A stretch of 59,996 nucleotides of DNA, the filler included. It is 7 parts of 7 records of this genome, joined end to end, with 100 filler letters (N's around TTAATTAATTAA, not from the genome) between each part and the next. Parts side by side here need not be neighbours in the genome. Positions count along the whole stretch, not along the records: positions 51,893 to 59,996 come from SRR31156797_66406; 6 more parts are not named here. The stretch is one strand, 5' to 3'. This document shows positions 58,815 through 59,996 of this stretch, piece after piece. The notes beneath the pieces were generated by a model. It did no database searches. It was given only the letters and a program-made list of their open reading frames with translations, and had not been told where the DNA came from. Position numbers and translations under genes: made by a program. The stretch's first letter is position 1, and every line of letters begins with the position of its first letter.

Positions 58815-59996
58815 ATGGACGTACAGGTGAAAATCCCTTTGATGAAGAGAGAGATAACACTGGGGAGCCAACCTTTGAATCTGGACGACTACATCCATGT
58901 GGTCCGTCATGGGGCCCGGGTCCGGTTGTCCCACCGGGCCCGTGCCGCCGTTCAAAAGACGGGCCGGCTCATTGACCGGTGGTTGAAAGAGGGCCGAACC
59001 ATTTACGGCGTCACTACCGGCTTCGGCGCTTTAAGCGATGTTTCCATATCCCCCCGGGATGCCGAGAGGCTACAGGTCAACATCCTCATGAGTCACGCGG
59101 CGGGCGTGGGCGACCCCCTGGATGAAACGGCCGTTCGAGGTGTCATGCTGCTGCGGGCCGGGGAGCTGTCCCTGGGGCATTCCTGCGGCAGCGTGGCAGG
59201 CATCGACCAGCTGATTACCCTGCTTAACCACGGGGCCTATCCCCTCATTCCCGCACAGGGGTCCGTGGGCGCCAGCGGCGATCTGTGTCCCATGGCGCAC
59301 ATGGGTCTTTTGCTGATCGGCAAAGGGGAGGGATTCTTGGACAAACGCCGTTTGCCGGGAAAGGCCGTTTTAGATGCCTGCCGTCTGAGACCCCTGCGCC
59401 TGGCACCCGGCGAGGGACTGGCGCTGATCAACGGCACCCAGGTTATGACGGCCATCGGCGCCTTGGCTGTCCATGACGCCGTGCGGCTGGCCAAACTCAT
59501 TGATATTTCAGGAGCCATGAGCCTGGAGGTATTGATGGGGAGCCGTACGGAATTGGATGCCCGAATTCAACGGCTGCGCCCACACCCCGGCCAGGCCATG
59601 GTAAGCGGCAACATGTTGCAAATCACCCGGGAGAGTGAAATCATCTCCTCCCACAGGGACTGCAAACGCATTCAGGATGCCTACACCCTGCGGTGTTCGC
59701 CTCAAGTCCACGGCGCCAGCTATGACGCCGTCCAATATGCCAAGAAGGTCATCGAAACCGAGATGAACGCGGCCACCAACAACCCCCTGGTTTTCAGCGA
59801 CAGGGAGGATGTTCTGCTGGGCGGTAATTTTCATGGACAGCCCGTGGCCCTGGCCCTCGATTTCATGGCCATTGCCGTGGCCGAATTGGCCAACATCGCC
59901 GAAAGGCGCGTGGAACGTCTGGTCAACCCCATGCTCAGCGGCCTGCCGGCCTTTCTTGTCAAAGACGGCGGCCTCAACTCCGGTTTCATGATCGCC
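58815..59996 (+). CDS. hutH: Histidine ammonia-lyase, 3' truncated (absent from ORF track)
   Basis: IYGVTTGFG, SHAAGVG, GSVGASGDL (MIO-forming ASG), EGLALINGT, QDAYTLRC.PQVHG, GGNFHGQP, G.NSGFMIA. Confidence 0.93.
   Translation, partial: MDVQVKIPLMKREITLGSQPLNLDDYIHVVRHGARVRLSHRARAAVQKTGRLIDRWLKEGRTIYGVTTGFGALSDVSISPRDAERLQVNILMSHAAGVGDPLDETAVRGVMLLRAGELSLGHSCGSVAGIDQLITLLNHGAYPLIPAQGSVGASGDLCPMAHMGLLLIGKGEGFLDKRRLPGKAVLDACRLRPLRLAPGEGLALINGTQVMTAIGALAVHDAVRLAKLIDISGAMSLEVLMGSRTELDARIQRLRPHPGQAMVSGNMLQITRESEIISSHRDCKRIQDAYTLRCSPQVHGASYDAVQYAKKVIETEMNAATNNPLVFSDREDVLLGGNFHGQPVALALDFMAIAVAELANIAERRVERLVNPMLSGLPAFLVKDGGLNSGFMIA

Overview
The window is seven contigs joined by six artificial 100-nt N/TTAATTAATTAA spacers, so gene order across spacers means nothing. 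It most likely comes from a draft or metagenome-assembled genome of an anaerobic Desulfobacterota-type organism. Contig 1 (1-8517) is core: tRNA-Leu 5' end, secG, tpiA, gap, and the kdsA-kdsC-lptCAB-rpoN-hpf-ptsN-rapZ-PTS IIA operon. Contig 2 (8618-14409) is AT-rich and accessory: a multi-PAS hybrid kinase, then a MerR-HTH / small Cys4 protein / divergent PolA-T7RNAP-superfamily polymerase-like module. That polymerase gene has a predicted pseudoknot over its ribosome-binding site and an internal G-depleted CACCAGTAC repeat tract, making it the best candidate for an undescribed system. Contig 3 holds dnaK', an acyl-CoA ligase, lolA, yebC, rlmE and radA'. Contig 4 is a cluster of secreted proteins, two of which share an N-terminal module fused to unrelated C-termini. 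Contig 5 holds a GGDEF gene, alkaline phosphatase-YibE/F, a TetR-controlled MFS / rifamycin-phosphotransferase-like / GNAT / O-methyltransferase cassette and an AAA + peptidase-vWA pair. Contig 6 holds hdrA(L)-mvhD(Sec)-metV-metF, gabD, cobU-cobS, DUF1045 and PHP-phnC. Contig 7 holds prkA'-yeaH-spoVR-prkA, an ornithine cyclodeaminase-like gene and hutH'. All calls come from reading motifs by eye; no database searches were run.
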